The notes: generated from the sequence alone by a model not told the origin. 45,351 nt of DNA from a virus (IMGVR_UViG_3300046457_000122:1-45351), one strand, 5' to 3'; shown: positions 34,392-42,061, counted from the stretch's first letter. Translations and numbers: made by a program.

Positions 34392-34428
34392 TTATAGGTG
34401 GTATATAGGGGTATATAGGGGTATAGGG
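34392..34428. repeat. tandem about 10-bp GGGGTATATA repeats
   Basis: TTATAGGTG GTATATAGGG GTATATAGGG GTATAGGG, immediately upstream (minus sense) of the ASCH gene RBS. Confidence 0.8.
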
Positions 34429-34453
34429 TAAGAGGCTGTTATGCCTCAACCCT

Positions 34454-34912
34454 CTATTCTTTCATGAACACTATCCAGTGCGTTTTACTTCGCTTATTGC
34501 CAAATAGCGGCGGCTGCGGGAATAGTTTTTTTAATTGGCTCAAGCTGACTTGATCTTCATTCCATTTAAATATGAGCGTTCCATTCGGCTTGAGTACACG
34601 CATGCACTCTGCGAATCCGCGCTGTAAATCTTCCTTCCATGTATCTTGGTTTAATCTGCCGTATTTTTTGGCCAACCATGATTCATCGCCTGCCTTGAGT
34701 AAGTGTGGTGGATCGAATACCACCATGTAGAATGCTTCATCCTCAAAAGGCATGCTACGGAAATCCGCAATCACGTCTGGTGAAACATTAAGTGTGCGAC
34801 CATCGCATAACGTGTCATTTAATTCCCGGTTATCGGCATAAACGACATCAGGGTTGTCTTTATCAAACCAAAACATCCGACTGCCGCAGCACGCGTCCAG
34901 TATCCGTTGCAT
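34454..34912 (-). CDS. SAM-dependent DNA amino-methyltransferase (N6A/N4C type)
   Basis: ILDACCGS (motif I-like) and VVFDPPH (motif IV D-P-P-H/Y). Confidence 0.7.
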   Translation of the reverse strand: MQRILDACCGSRMFWFDKDNPDVVYADNRELNDTLCDGRTLNVSPDVIADFRSMPFEDEAFYMVVFDPPHLLKAGDESWLAKKYGRLNQDTWKEDLQRGFAECMRVLKPNGTLIFKWNEDQVSLSQLKKLFPQPPLFGNKRSKTHWIVFMKE

Positions 34913-34957
34913 GTAATACTCTCTCCTTTGGTATAGGTAGTAGGGGGTGTATCCCCC

Positions 34958-35122
34958 TTAAAATAGTGTTAATTGCTCACATTCTTTAAGTTTGGAAAGC
35001 ACATCTTCCAAGGCTTGAAGATAGCCAGAACTATATCGACCTTCCCGACTCCCGTGTGATTCAAGAAACGCCCAAAGTCGGTATTTTTTAATTTCAGCTT
35101 TTAAATGCTCTTCAAGGTTAAT
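34958..35122 (-). CDS. possible 54-aa ORF with no canonical start (ATT after AAGGGGGAG)
   Basis: Open frame (I)NLEEHLKAEIKKYRLWAFLESHGSREGRYSSGYLQALEDVLSKLKECEQLTLF fills an otherwise 270-nt gap. There is no ATG/GTG/TTG near its 5' end. Confidence 0.2.
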   Translation of the reverse strand: MNLEEHLKAEIKKYRLWAFLESHGSREGRYSSGYLQALEDVLSKLKECEQLTLF

Positions 35123-35183
35123 GTGTCTCTCCCCCTTATGGAGGGATAAGCCTCCTTCTTATCCCCTATGGGGCTAGAAATTT

Positions 35184-35381
35184 TTATTTGAATCCTTCCC
35201 ATGACTCTGCTGCAACGATCTTTACACTTCCATCCGTGGTGCTTAAAGTGTATTTCCGCTCTTGACTATCAAGTCCCATTTCGTACCAGGGGTCTATATG
35301 AAATGAAAATGCCTTCTGCCTATTTAGATAAGCAGCTACCACATTCCATGCTTTCTGTACGTCCTTTGGTACATTTCCCAT
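35184..35381 (-). CDS. hypothetical protein (65 aa)
   Basis: ORF with AGAGAGGACATAACA RBS. Confidence 0.55.
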   Translation of the reverse strand: MGNVPKDVQKAWNVVAAYLNRQKAFSFHIDPWYEMGLDSQERKYTLSTTDGSVKIVAAESWEGFK

Positions 35382-35407
35382 TGTTATGTCCTCTCTGCCC
35401 TTGGGGG

Positions 35408-35818
35408 CTATAGATTCCTTGCTTGATATATTGGTGTCATATCAGGTGCATATTTCATCGCTTTGATATGGTCTAGTAATATGGGTTGCCATACTCGCTT
35501 ATTGCTGTGGATTCGTTCATGACAGGCATGGCATACCAGCACACAGTTATCTACCACATACTGACCTCCACCACCGCCCATGCCGCCGTATATAACTCGA
35601 TGAAGGTGTAACCCAGGTCCCGGCTTGCCGCACAACAGACAGCAATTATGCTCGCCTACAGATGCGTCACGTTCAGACACAGCAGCACGTACCTTATCTT
35701 TGCTAATGGCTTCTGGATCGATATAACGTTTCTTCTTTGGTCGTTCTTTACGATTATGGTGAGCTAGGATATTTTTACGATGTTCAGGAATAGGTTTCTT
35801 GCGTTTAGCGAGTGCCAT
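35408..35818 (-). CDS. HNH endonuclease
   Basis: CLLCG...HLHRV...NCVLVCHACHERIHSN (HNH with Cys4 zinc motif). RBS TAGGAGGTAGCT. Confidence 0.8.
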   Translation of the reverse strand: MALAKRKKPIPEHRKNILAHHNRKERPKKKRYIDPEAISKDKVRAAVSERDASVGEHNCCLLCGKPGPGLHLHRVIYGGMGGGGGQYVVDNCVLVCHACHERIHSNKRVWQPILLDHIKAMKYAPDMTPIYQARNL

Positions 35819-35827
35819 AGCTACCTC

Positions 35828-35917
35828 CTAAAATGGTCCGTCAATTGGCTCGGGTAAGGGGCCGCCGTCGTCATAAAATGGGTCTTTGTCACGGTCATAT
35901 TTAGAACGGAAGGTCAT
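35828..35917 (-). CDS. 29-codon ORF encoding an SSB-tail-like peptide, overlapping the ssb 3' end
   Basis: GGAGTGA lies 6 nt before ATG 35917 (the ATG is inside ssb codons GAC GAT GAC). [29 protein letters not shown]. Confidence 0.3.
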   Translation of the reverse strand: MTFRSKYDRDKDPFYDDGGPLPEPIDGPF

Positions 35918-36284
35918 CGTCGCTCACTCCTCGCGAATAGTCCGGGTCTTGTCGTTCAAGCTGTTGCCCACCGTTCTCAGGTCGTTCTAGGAAGCGCACG
36001 TTGTTAGCGATAATTTCCGTTACATATACCTTGCGTCCGTCCTTTTCATAGTTACGAGTAGCAATCCGACCTTCAATTGCGCACAATCGTCCTTTGCGCA
36101 GATAGTTAGCACAAGCCTCAGCTTGCTGGCGCCATACTACAATGGGAATAAAGTCAGCTTCTTTGTCTTTAGAAAAAGGATTGTCAACGGCAAGAGTAAA
36201 CGTAGTGTTTGCAATTCCACTTGGTGTATATTTCAATTCAGGATCGCGTGTTAGACGTCCAATCAGTACGGATAAGTTCAACAT
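35901..36284 (-). CDS. ssb: single-stranded DNA-binding protein
   Basis: OB-fold N-terminus [23 protein letters not shown] and the canonical acidic tip DDDLPF. Confidence 0.95.
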   Translation of the reverse strand: MLNLSVLIGRLTRDPELKYTPSGIANTTFTLAVDNPFSKDKEADFIPIVVWRQQAEACANYLRKGRLCAIEGRIATRNYEKDGRKVYVTEIIANNVRFLERPENGGQQLERQDPDYSRGVSDDDLPF

Positions 36285-36926
36285 TTAAGCTGTCTCCTTT
36301 TCGGCTTTCATAGCCTGCAATTTAGTAATGAAATCGTCTGCTAGATCTTCTGTAAGCTGTGTTAGCTGCTTTTTGTAGAGTTTTAATGTCTGTTGATTAA
36401 TGGCATCTGCACTAAATCCAAGTTCAAGCCACATCTTTTTTGCCTCGCCGACTTGTTTGGAGGTAATCATATTGACCAATCCATGAGTTTGCTGGAATGA
36501 ATCTGGATCGTCTTTATCTGTAGCGATGTTGAAAAATTTGAGCATGAAATATTTCTCCGCATATGTTAGGGCTTTACCGACACCCTTCTCACCTGCTATA
36601 TCCACTCCCTGACCGTACCAAGGGACTGATATTTGTTCTTTAGGTTCATCTGCATTGATCCATGTCATTGTCATTTCAAGTTCTGTAAAGTACGTTGTAG
36701 TACGTTTGGTTACATTACCTTTGTCATCTTTATATTCAATAGGCGATTCATGAAGTGTTGGTTTAGTGATTGATGGCACCAGCAGCAAACCCAACTCGTC
36801 CATTTTTTTCTTGAGTGAAGCTAGCACACGGCTTGAACCTGTATATTGATACTGCGATCCCTTATCCGCCTTCTGTATATAAGGAACCTCTTTCCGCACC
36901 TCAATCAATTTTTGATAGATGTTCAT
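36285..36926 (-). CDS. ERF-family single-strand annealing recombinase
   Basis: Start ATG 36926 after GGAGGA. IYQKLIEVRKEV...KGVGKALTYAEKYFMLKFFNIATDKDDPD pattern of the ERF superfamily. Confidence 0.7.
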   Translation of the reverse strand: MNIYQKLIEVRKEVPYIQKADKGSQYQYTGSSRVLASLKKKMDELGLLLVPSITKPTLHESPIEYKDDKGNVTKRTTTYFTELEMTMTWINADEPKEQISVPWYGQGVDIAGEKGVGKALTYAEKYFMLKFFNIATDKDDPDSFQQTHGLVNMITSKQVGEAKKMWLELGFSADAINQQTLKLYKKQLTQLTEDLADDFITKLQAMKAEKETA

Positions 36927-37152
36927 CTTCTTTATCCTCCAGTTCATAAATAATACTTACTGGCATAACTTCATATTCCCAAGGCTTTTCAGGTCGGAAT
37001 TGATTAATATATAGGAAGTGATTTGCTTCATCTTCGTCGTAATAGAGATAGGCTTTGGTTAGTTCGTATACAATTCCGCGTGCAAGATGGTGATAGTGAC
37101 CTTTCGACTTATGCCGAATTACATACCGAATCTTTTTCTCGCATATTTTCAT
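36901..37152 (-). CDS. hypothetical protein (83 aa)
   Basis: ORF in the early operon. Confidence 0.55.
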   Translation of the reverse strand: MKICEKKIRYVIRHKSKGHYHHLARGIVYELTKAYLYYDEDEANHFLYINQFRPEKPWEYEVMPVSIIYELEDKEDEHLSKID

Positions 37153-37360
37153 ACCATTCGACCTTTCGTTGTGGTATAATCACGATACTTACTTTTGATG
37201 TGTGCTTGATCTGTGCTGCCGTTGCTTCGGCAGCTTTTTCTTTTTTATAAGCTATCGCCATGTTTTTCAGGTAAACTCTCAGCAACGTTCTTGTTAATGT
37301 CCCGCGTTGTTTTGCGATCTTTGCGAGTTCCAGAAACACCCTGCGATCCGTCAGATTCAT
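37109..37360 (-). CDS. hypothetical basic protein (83 aa)
   Basis: ATG 37360 after GAGGTGAAGAAGG. Confidence 0.5.
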   Translation of the reverse strand: MNLTDRRVFLELAKIAKQRGTLTRTLLRVYLKNMAIAYKKEKAAEATAAQIKHTSKVSIVIIPQRKVEWYENMREKDSVCNSA

Positions 37361-37439
37361 CCTTCTTCACCTCCGAGTATTTCACCTCACCTTCCCAACC
37401 GTAATGCTTTAAAATATCGTCTACACTCCCAAAACTCAT
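37245..37439 (-). CDS. hypothetical protein (64 aa; 3' part overlaps the next gene out of frame)
   Basis: ORF in an ATGA overlap with the upstream gene. The last 116 nt overlap 37109..37360, so its true extent is unclear. Confidence 0.35.
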   Translation of the reverse strand: MSFGSVDDILKHYGWEGEVKYSEVKKDESDGSQGVSGTRKDRKTTRDINKNVAESLPEKHGDSL

Positions 37440-37660
37440 GCTGTACGTTTGCCCTCCCGATCTTCTGGATGAAACATCTTGTCCAATTCAAATGCGCGCT
37501 TCTCGTAAATCACGTCAGGTCGTTTCAAGTCAAAATCTATTGCCCATTGACTATCTGACTTTCCCAACTCCATTTCATCAGCCAACTGGTTGAGCCAGAA
37601 AGATTGGTCTCGCAGATAAGCGATGTACTCAGCTCTGGTCATGTTAGCAAGCCCCGCCAT
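37436..37660 (-). CDS. hypothetical protein (74 aa)
   Basis: ORF in the early operon. Confidence 0.55.
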   Translation of the reverse strand: MAGLANMTRAEYIAYLRDQSFWLNQLADEMELGKSDSQWAIDFDLKRPDVIYEKRAFELDKMFHPEDREGKRTA

Positions 37661-37889
37661 ATACTCGTCTCCCTCCTGCCTCTTTAATGAAGTGATTCGT
37701 TACACATCCATCGTCAAGGAATAAATCACCGTCAATGATTACATAGCTGTCCATACTCGTGTTAATTTCACAGCCACAACCGCATTTGCAAATCACCGCG
37801 TTGCTTGATTCTTGAGTTGGTTCAGGACGTTTAAACGGGATAATTGGTGTTAGTAAGCGATTTTCTATTTCCTTTGGATGTTTAGCCAC
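37644..37889 (-). CDS. Cys-rich (zinc-finger-like) protein
   Basis: ICKCGCGCE...DDGC motif. GTG start overlaps the upstream stop. Confidence 0.55.
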   Translation of the reverse strand: MAKHPKEIENRLLTPIIPFKRPEPTQESSNAVICKCGCGCEINTSMDSYVIIDGDLFLDDGCVTNHFIKEAGGRRVYGGAC

Positions 37890-38022
37890 TTTTCTTCTCC
37901 CCCTTCAATTTGTTCTTTTTAACATCTAAAGCTATTTGTTTCATAAGTGCAGATGATAGCTTGTTTAGTGATAATTTTGGCTTTTCCTTATCCGGCAGAT
38001 TGTGCAGAAACATGGTGCTCAT
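37882..38022 (-). CDS. hypothetical basic 46-aa protein (below the ORF-track cutoff)
   Basis: ACGGAGGAAAGAGT then ATG 38022. MSTMFLHNLPDKEKPKLSLNKLSSALMKQIALDVKKNKLKGEKKSG. Confidence 0.45.
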   Translation of the reverse strand: MSTMFLHNLPDKEKPKLSLNKLSSALMKQIALDVKKNKLKGEKKSG

Positions 38023-38123
38023 ACTCTTTCCTCCGTTCTTTTAAATATTGTGGGGAAAATTAACTTTCATGGTTACAAAACAAGATGTACAATGGGTTGT
38101 GTTGTGAATATACAAGTGTCATG

Positions 38124-38876
38124 TCAGGCTGTATGCTCTCTGAACTTATTAAGGAAGTACATTTGACCTCTGGTTGTAACCACTGTTGTCTTGGTTGTCC
38201 GTGGTTCTTCATCAGGCTTATTAATTACGCCCGTTTTTACTTCAAACAATCGAAGATCCATAGACCGTTGTGTTGGCATGTTATAGTGCTCACCCTTCTT
38301 GCCAAGGTATCCATTCTCGCGCAACCAGCTATACAAGCGGCGTTCACCTGTATCAATTCCGTTTTGCTTAAGCATTTTCGCAAGGTTAGCAACTAAGATG
38401 CAGTCTTTAGAAGCTTGTAGAGAGTTAGCGAACAACACTTTAGGTTCATCAGCTACAACCTTTTCTTCAAGTACCTTGCGTGCATCCTGTTCTTTCTTTA
38501 AGGCGGTGATAACTCCAATAATGTAATCTGGATCTTTTAAGGTCTGTTCCATCGTTTCTGGCGTAATGTACGCGCCATGTTTTCTAATGGAAGGAATGAC
38601 TTCATGTGTGATCCAACGTTTGAACTGTTTGGCTTCTGGCTTGCGGCTACCAAGGATTAATGTGTATAGGCCAGGTTCGTTGACAAAGTTTGCTTCTCCT
38701 TGACGACCTATGTTGAACATAGCCCGTTCATCTTCATCCAATCTTGATAATGCTTGTGTTGGATTTGCTATTTCGAGTACTCCACAAACATCTTTTGCAA
38801 CAAACCATGGTTCATTTTGAATCGATACAGTTCTTACTTCATTTGGTCCATACATAAATGGTTTAAGGTTGTTCAT
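38124..38876 (-). CDS. antirepressor (Bro-N plus KilAC/ANT domains)
   Basis: N-terminal NEVRTVSIQNEPWFVAKDVCGVLEI (Bro-N). C-terminal LAKMLKQNGIDTGERRLYSWLRENGYL...NMPTQRSMDLRLFEVK (KilAC). Confidence 0.85.
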   Translation of the reverse strand: MNNLKPFMYGPNEVRTVSIQNEPWFVAKDVCGVLEIANPTQALSRLDEDERAMFNIGRQGEANFVNEPGLYTLILGSRKPEAKQFKRWITHEVIPSIRKHGAYITPETMEQTLKDPDYIIGVITALKKEQDARKVLEEKVVADEPKVLFANSLQASKDCILVANLAKMLKQNGIDTGERRLYSWLRENGYLGKKGEHYNMPTQRSMDLRLFEVKTGVINKPDEEPRTTKTTVVTTRGQMYFLNKFREHTA

Positions 38877-38888
38877 TTGTATCTCTCC

Positions 38889-39137
38889 TTAAGCTGATTT
38901 TTGTTTTTGCTTCATTTTGTGGCAATTATCTTCAAAAAAAAGGTCTGGAAATATTTTTTCAGCTGGAATCTTGAAGTGTCTTTCCATTTTGACCATTAGC
39001 TTAGCTGTCGGGTTTCTTAAGCCAAGTTCCATCATGCTCAGATATTGTCTAGAGATATCTAAGTTTTTTGCCACATCTTCCTGTGAACCTTCGGACTTAC
39101 GTAGTTCGGCAAGCAATGTCCTTTTCATAGTGACCAT
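38889..39137 (-). CDS. Cro-like XRE-family repressor
   Basis: Probable start ATG 39137 after AAAGGCGGTG. HTH SQEDVAKNLDISRQYLSMMELGLRNP. Divergent from the CI-like gene. Confidence 0.75.
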   Translation of the reverse strand: MVTMKRTLLAELRKSEGSQEDVAKNLDISRQYLSMMELGLRNPTAKLMVKMERHFKIPAEKIFPDLFFEDNCHKMKQKQKSA

Positions 39138-39188
39138 CTTACACCGCCTTTCATGTTTTAGCCACGTTTTGTGGCATTTCATGTTTAT

Positions 39189-39217
39189 ACTATAACTCTC
39201 CATTTTGTGGTTGTCAA
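39189..39217 (-). promoter_or_regulatory. early lytic promoter (PR-like)
   Basis: Minus strand TTGACA-17 nt-TATAGT with a motif copy in the spacer. Confidence 0.6.
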
Positions 39218-39264
39218 TATGTTTTTGCAACATATTGTGGCTTTATTTAGCTAAAAAAACTTTA

Positions 39265-39293
39265 TTGCAACTTTTCGTGGCTTTAATTTTATT
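39265..39293 (+). promoter_or_regulatory. candidate repressor promoter (PRM-like)
   Basis: TTGCAA-17 nt-TTTATT with a motif copy in the spacer. The -10 element is weak. Confidence 0.4.
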
Positions 39294-39334
39294 TGACACA
39301 TTATGTGGAGTAAAATACAGGAGGGATTCAATAA

Positions 39335-39769
39335 ATGAATATAATTAAAGGAGAGATAATTAAATTGCTGCCGGATCGCCTTATTAGCTTGAGGAAAGAG
39401 AAGAAATTGACTCAAGAGAAAATCGCGGAAAAATTGGGCATTACAAGATCCGCCTACTCACAATACGAACTCGGAACTAGGAACCCTGATCACGAAACAT
39501 TAAATAAAATGGCTGACTTTCATAACTCCTCAATTGATTACTTAATGGGCAGAACTGATATTCGAACGCAGATATTAACAGAACCTTCAAGAGAACTAAT
39601 TGATTCACTTGATTTAGCTGATGAAGACATAATTAAGAAATTTAATTTTCAAGTAGATGGAGTGGAATTAAAGGAAGACGAAGTTCACAGATTTATTGCG
39701 TTTGTCAGGGCAGAGAGAGCTATGAAGAACAAAAATCATGATTCTCAGAACGATGAAGATGATCTTTAA
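39335..39769 (+). CDS. CI-like XRE-family repressor (no S24 peptidase domain)
   Basis: HTH LTQEKIAEKLGITRSAYSQYELGTRNP. RBS CAGGAGGG. 144 aa with a helical acidic C-terminus. Confidence 0.8.
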   Translation: MNIIKGEIIKLLPDRLISLRKEKKLTQEKIAEKLGITRSAYSQYELGTRNPDHETLNKMADFHNSSIDYLMGRTDIRTQILTEPSRELIDSLDLADEDIIKKFNFQVDGVELKEDEVHRFIAFVRAERAMKNKNHDSQNDEDDL

Positions 39770-39881
39770 CACATTCTGGTTTAACATTGGCGTTCCTAAT
39801 GTTGTTAAGTACAAACTCAGGATTTAAACCAATTTCCTCCAATATTTCTTTTGTGATGTTAAAAACGATCCTTTTCTCCAT
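39720..39881 (-). CDS. possible small protein (53 aa), convergent with the repressor gene
   Basis: ATG 39881, 9 nt after GGGAG. MEKRIVFNITKEILEEIGLNPEFVL... Its 3' end overlaps the repressor gene by 50 nt. Confidence 0.3.
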   Translation of the reverse strand: MEKRIVFNITKEILEEIGLNPEFVLNNIRNANVKPECVKDHLHRSENHDFCSS

Positions 39882-39977
39882 GCGTATCAGCTCCCGTTGC
39901 ATAATTGCTATCAGTATACTTTATTTTAAGGGAACGCGTGTTCTTATTCAAGAATAAAATAACAGTGAGGCATGATC

Positions 39978-40199
39978 ATGGTATATAAGCCTGGTCGCTG
40001 CCTGCTAACTATACGTTTAAAAGAGATACGTAAGACTCAACAATGGTTATGTGAACAAATCGGAATGAGTAAATCACAAATATCCGATTACGCAACAAAC
40101 CGAACAATGATGTCTTACGGAACAGCCATGACCATTGCCGGGGCTATTGGCTGCCACATGGAAGATCTGTACGAACGCATAGATAGCAGTAGCAGATGA
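39978..40199 (+). CDS. second XRE-family HTH protein
   Basis: KTQQWLCEQIGMSKSQISDYATNRTMMS HTH. ATG 39978 has better spacing from GTGAGG than ATG 39972. Confidence 0.7.
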   Translation: MVYKPGRCLLTIRLKEIRKTQQWLCEQIGMSKSQISDYATNRTMMSYGTAMTIAGAIGCHMEDLYERIDSSSR

Positions 40200-40318
40200 G
40201 TGACGAAAGTCGCTCTGACCGGGGTAACAGTACACTCAATCACGTACTGTGAAGCGCTAATATTGCGCTTCAGGTTAAACATATCATATATTGGTGAATT
40301 CTGGCGAGAAAAAAGCTA

Positions 40319-40347
40319 TTGGAAATATCGGGAAATACCTTTACAAT
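40319..40347 (+). promoter_or_regulatory. promoter of the membrane-protein operon
   Basis: TTGGAA-17 nt-TACAAT, downstream of the GAAGCGC-N7-GCGCTTC hairpin. Confidence 0.55.
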
Positions 40348-40379
40348 ATATCAAGTGCTTATTAAAGGAAGTGAACTGC

Positions 40380-40730
40380 TTGATAGTTATGTGGATAGTA
40401 TGGAGTATATTACTTCTATTTGCATTTGTTCTAATTATAGGGGGGTTAGTTGGATACAAAGAAACAAAAAAAGAAAGATTCCCTAATTACTTCACACCAA
40501 CTTTACTACTTGTTCTTGGCATAGGTCTCATAATTCTCTGTTTCAATTATATTCCACACGACTCAGTTAGTTTGACAGATACTTCAGAAGAAGATACAGA
40601 GATTGATAATGTGTATTATTCAAATTGTACAGATGCAAGAGAAGCTGGAGCCGCTCCTATTTATAAAGGCGAACCAGGCTACAGAGTTGGATTAGATAGG
40701 GATAGAGACGGAATTGCATGCGAGAGATAA
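40380..40730 (+). CDS. membrane protein with a C-terminal Excalibur calcium-binding domain
   Basis: TTG 40380, 6 nt after AAAGGAAGTG (or ATG 40389). Two TM helices. YYSNCTDAREAGAAPIYKGEPGYRVGLDRDRDGIACE is the Excalibur DxDxDGxxCE motif. Confidence 0.7.
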   Translation: MIVMWIVWSILLLFAFVLIIGGLVGYKETKKERFPNYFTPTLLLVLGIGLIILCFNYIPHDSVSLTDTSEEDTEIDNVYYSNCTDAREAGAAPIYKGEPGYRVGLDRDRDGIACER

Positions 40731-40748
40731 AAGGAAGGTAAACAAAAT

Positions 40749-41138
40749 ATGAAATTATTAAGTGTTTTTCAGTGGCTTTTTAGCATAATTGGCAGTCTTG
40801 CCTTTATAGGAATCCTTTTTTGGTTAGGTTCTGATGTAATGCAAGCCCCACCAACAAACATTGTTTTGCTTGCTGATCATACAAACAAAACATATATATC
40901 ACCTGAATGCTTAAATACAAATGTTGATTATACAACAAGTGAATTTGAAGTTGTTACTTTAGAGAAAGCATCAAAGGAATTGAATTATGAATATGATTCA
41001 GTTTGTACCCATGATAGTATATGGCCTTCTAGAAATTCAGCTTGGAATTTCATTGGTACAAAGTTAGGTTTTTTAAAGCCACTTAACTGGAAATGGAACG
41101 AAGACGGTAGTTGGAAAGAGGAAGTATTTAAAAGATAA
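40749..41138 (+). CDS. N-terminally anchored extracytoplasmic protein
   Basis: TM helix FQWLFSIIGSLAFIGILFWLG followed by a Cys-containing soluble domain. RBS AAAGGAAGG. Confidence 0.65.
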   Translation: MKLLSVFQWLFSIIGSLAFIGILFWLGSDVMQAPPTNIVLLADHTNKTYISPECLNTNVDYTTSEFEVVTLEKASKELNYEYDSVCTHDSIWPSRNSAWNFIGTKLGFLKPLNWKWNEDGSWKEEVFKR

Positions 41139-41159
41139 ACATAAAAAAGGGGTAAAACA

Positions 41160-41597
41160 ATGTTTGAAAAAATGCCTAATTGGCTGCGGTGGGTTCTCTT
41201 TATACCGATTGTTCCAGCTGCAGCTGTAGTATATATATTTTTTGTAAATATATCATTTATACACTTATTAAACAGGCTAGAACTACCAATGTTAACATAT
41301 ATAATTGAGAGAATATTCTATAATTTATTTGGTATATGCTTTTGCTTAACAGTTAGTATTAATATGATACCAAAAGGAAAGGTAGTATTATCTTCTGTAT
41401 ATCTTGGAATAACACTTCTAGCTATAGGTATGTCAATTGCCTTTTCTTTACTTATACCAAGTGAAGAATATGCGGTATGGCAAGTTATTTACGAGAGTAT
41501 ATTATCAGTACTAGCAGCCTTAATATCATTAATTATGGCTTTATCTGAAAGAAAAATAACTGTTGAGTCAATTAATGAAGGTAATGTTCATCAGTAA
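41160..41597 (+). CDS. polytopic membrane protein (about 4 TM)
   Basis: 145 aa, four hydrophobic segments. RBS AAAAGGGG. Confidence 0.65.
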   Translation: MFEKMPNWLRWVLFIPIVPAAAVVYIFFVNISFIHLLNRLELPMLTYIIERIFYNLFGICFCLTVSINMIPKGKVVLSSVYLGITLLAIGMSIAFSLLIPSEEYAVWQVIYESILSVLAALISLIMALSERKITVESINEGNVHQ

Positions 41598-41615
41598 TTC
41601 AATCACCATGAATAA

Positions 41616-41657
41616 AAGCTCTGCTAACCTTAATGGGTCGGCAGAGCTTCGTTTTTT
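41616..41657. terminator. bidirectional terminator
   Basis: AAGCTCTGC-N16-GCAGAGCTT followed by CGTTTTTT (plus strand) and preceded by AATAAA (T-rich on the minus strand). Confidence 0.7.
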
Positions 41658-41961
41658 ACTTAATGATATTCCTAACAGTGCTCAAAATTTCGTCCGTATT
41701 TTTACGGAACTCATCATAATGTTTGTCGTCAAGTAAAGTATGTATGTGTTCAGTAGATTCTTCAAACTCATTTATGACTTTGGTTAATTTTAATTTGTAT
41801 GCTGATAAGTAAATATCGCTCAAGTGGTCATCAATATTGTAGTCGCCAATATCTGTTTTTGGTACACCATGTTTATTCAATAATTCTGCAATGTCTTGTT
41901 CGCTTAATCCAATTCCACTTAAATTATATGTAAGCTTAACCACTTTTGCTGGTGTATCCAT
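41656..41961 (-). CDS. hypothetical protein (101 aa) with its own promoter
   Basis: TTTAGGAGGATACATAT then ATG 41961. Helical and acidic. No family recognised. Confidence 0.65.
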   Translation of the reverse strand: MDTPAKVVKLTYNLSGIGLSEQDIAELLNKHGVPKTDIGDYNIDDHLSDIYLSAYKLKLTKVINEFEESTEHIHTLLDDKHYDEFRKNTDEILSTVRNIIK

Positions 41962-41994
41962 ATATGTATCCTCCTAAATATGATATCTGTTGAT

Positions 41995-42024
41995 ATTGTA
42001 TTCCAAATGGAAATTGAATTGCAA
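41995..42024 (-). promoter_or_regulatory. promoter of 41656..41961 with an embedded palindrome
   Basis: Minus strand TTGCAA-18 nt-TACAAT. The spacer contains TTCCA-tt-TGGAA. Confidence 0.55.
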
Positions 42025-42061
42025 TGAATAAAAAATTTGTGTTACCATAAGAATAGATAAA

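Larger units (their letters stand above)
39161..39309. promoter_or_regulatory. immunity switch region with five direct copies of a CATTTTGTGGC-like operator motif
   Basis: Copies at 39165 (part of the palindrome GCCACgttttGTGGC), 39201, 39231, 39271 and 39299. Two of them lie between the -35 and -10 elements of the divergent promoters. Confidence 0.55.

Noticed and set aside
40200-40379. N-terminal 60 codons of ORF 40200..40730
   Set aside because: The stretch contains a hairpin and a good promoter (TTGGAA-17-TACAAT), and its GTG start has no RBS. The membrane protein starts at 40380 or 40389.
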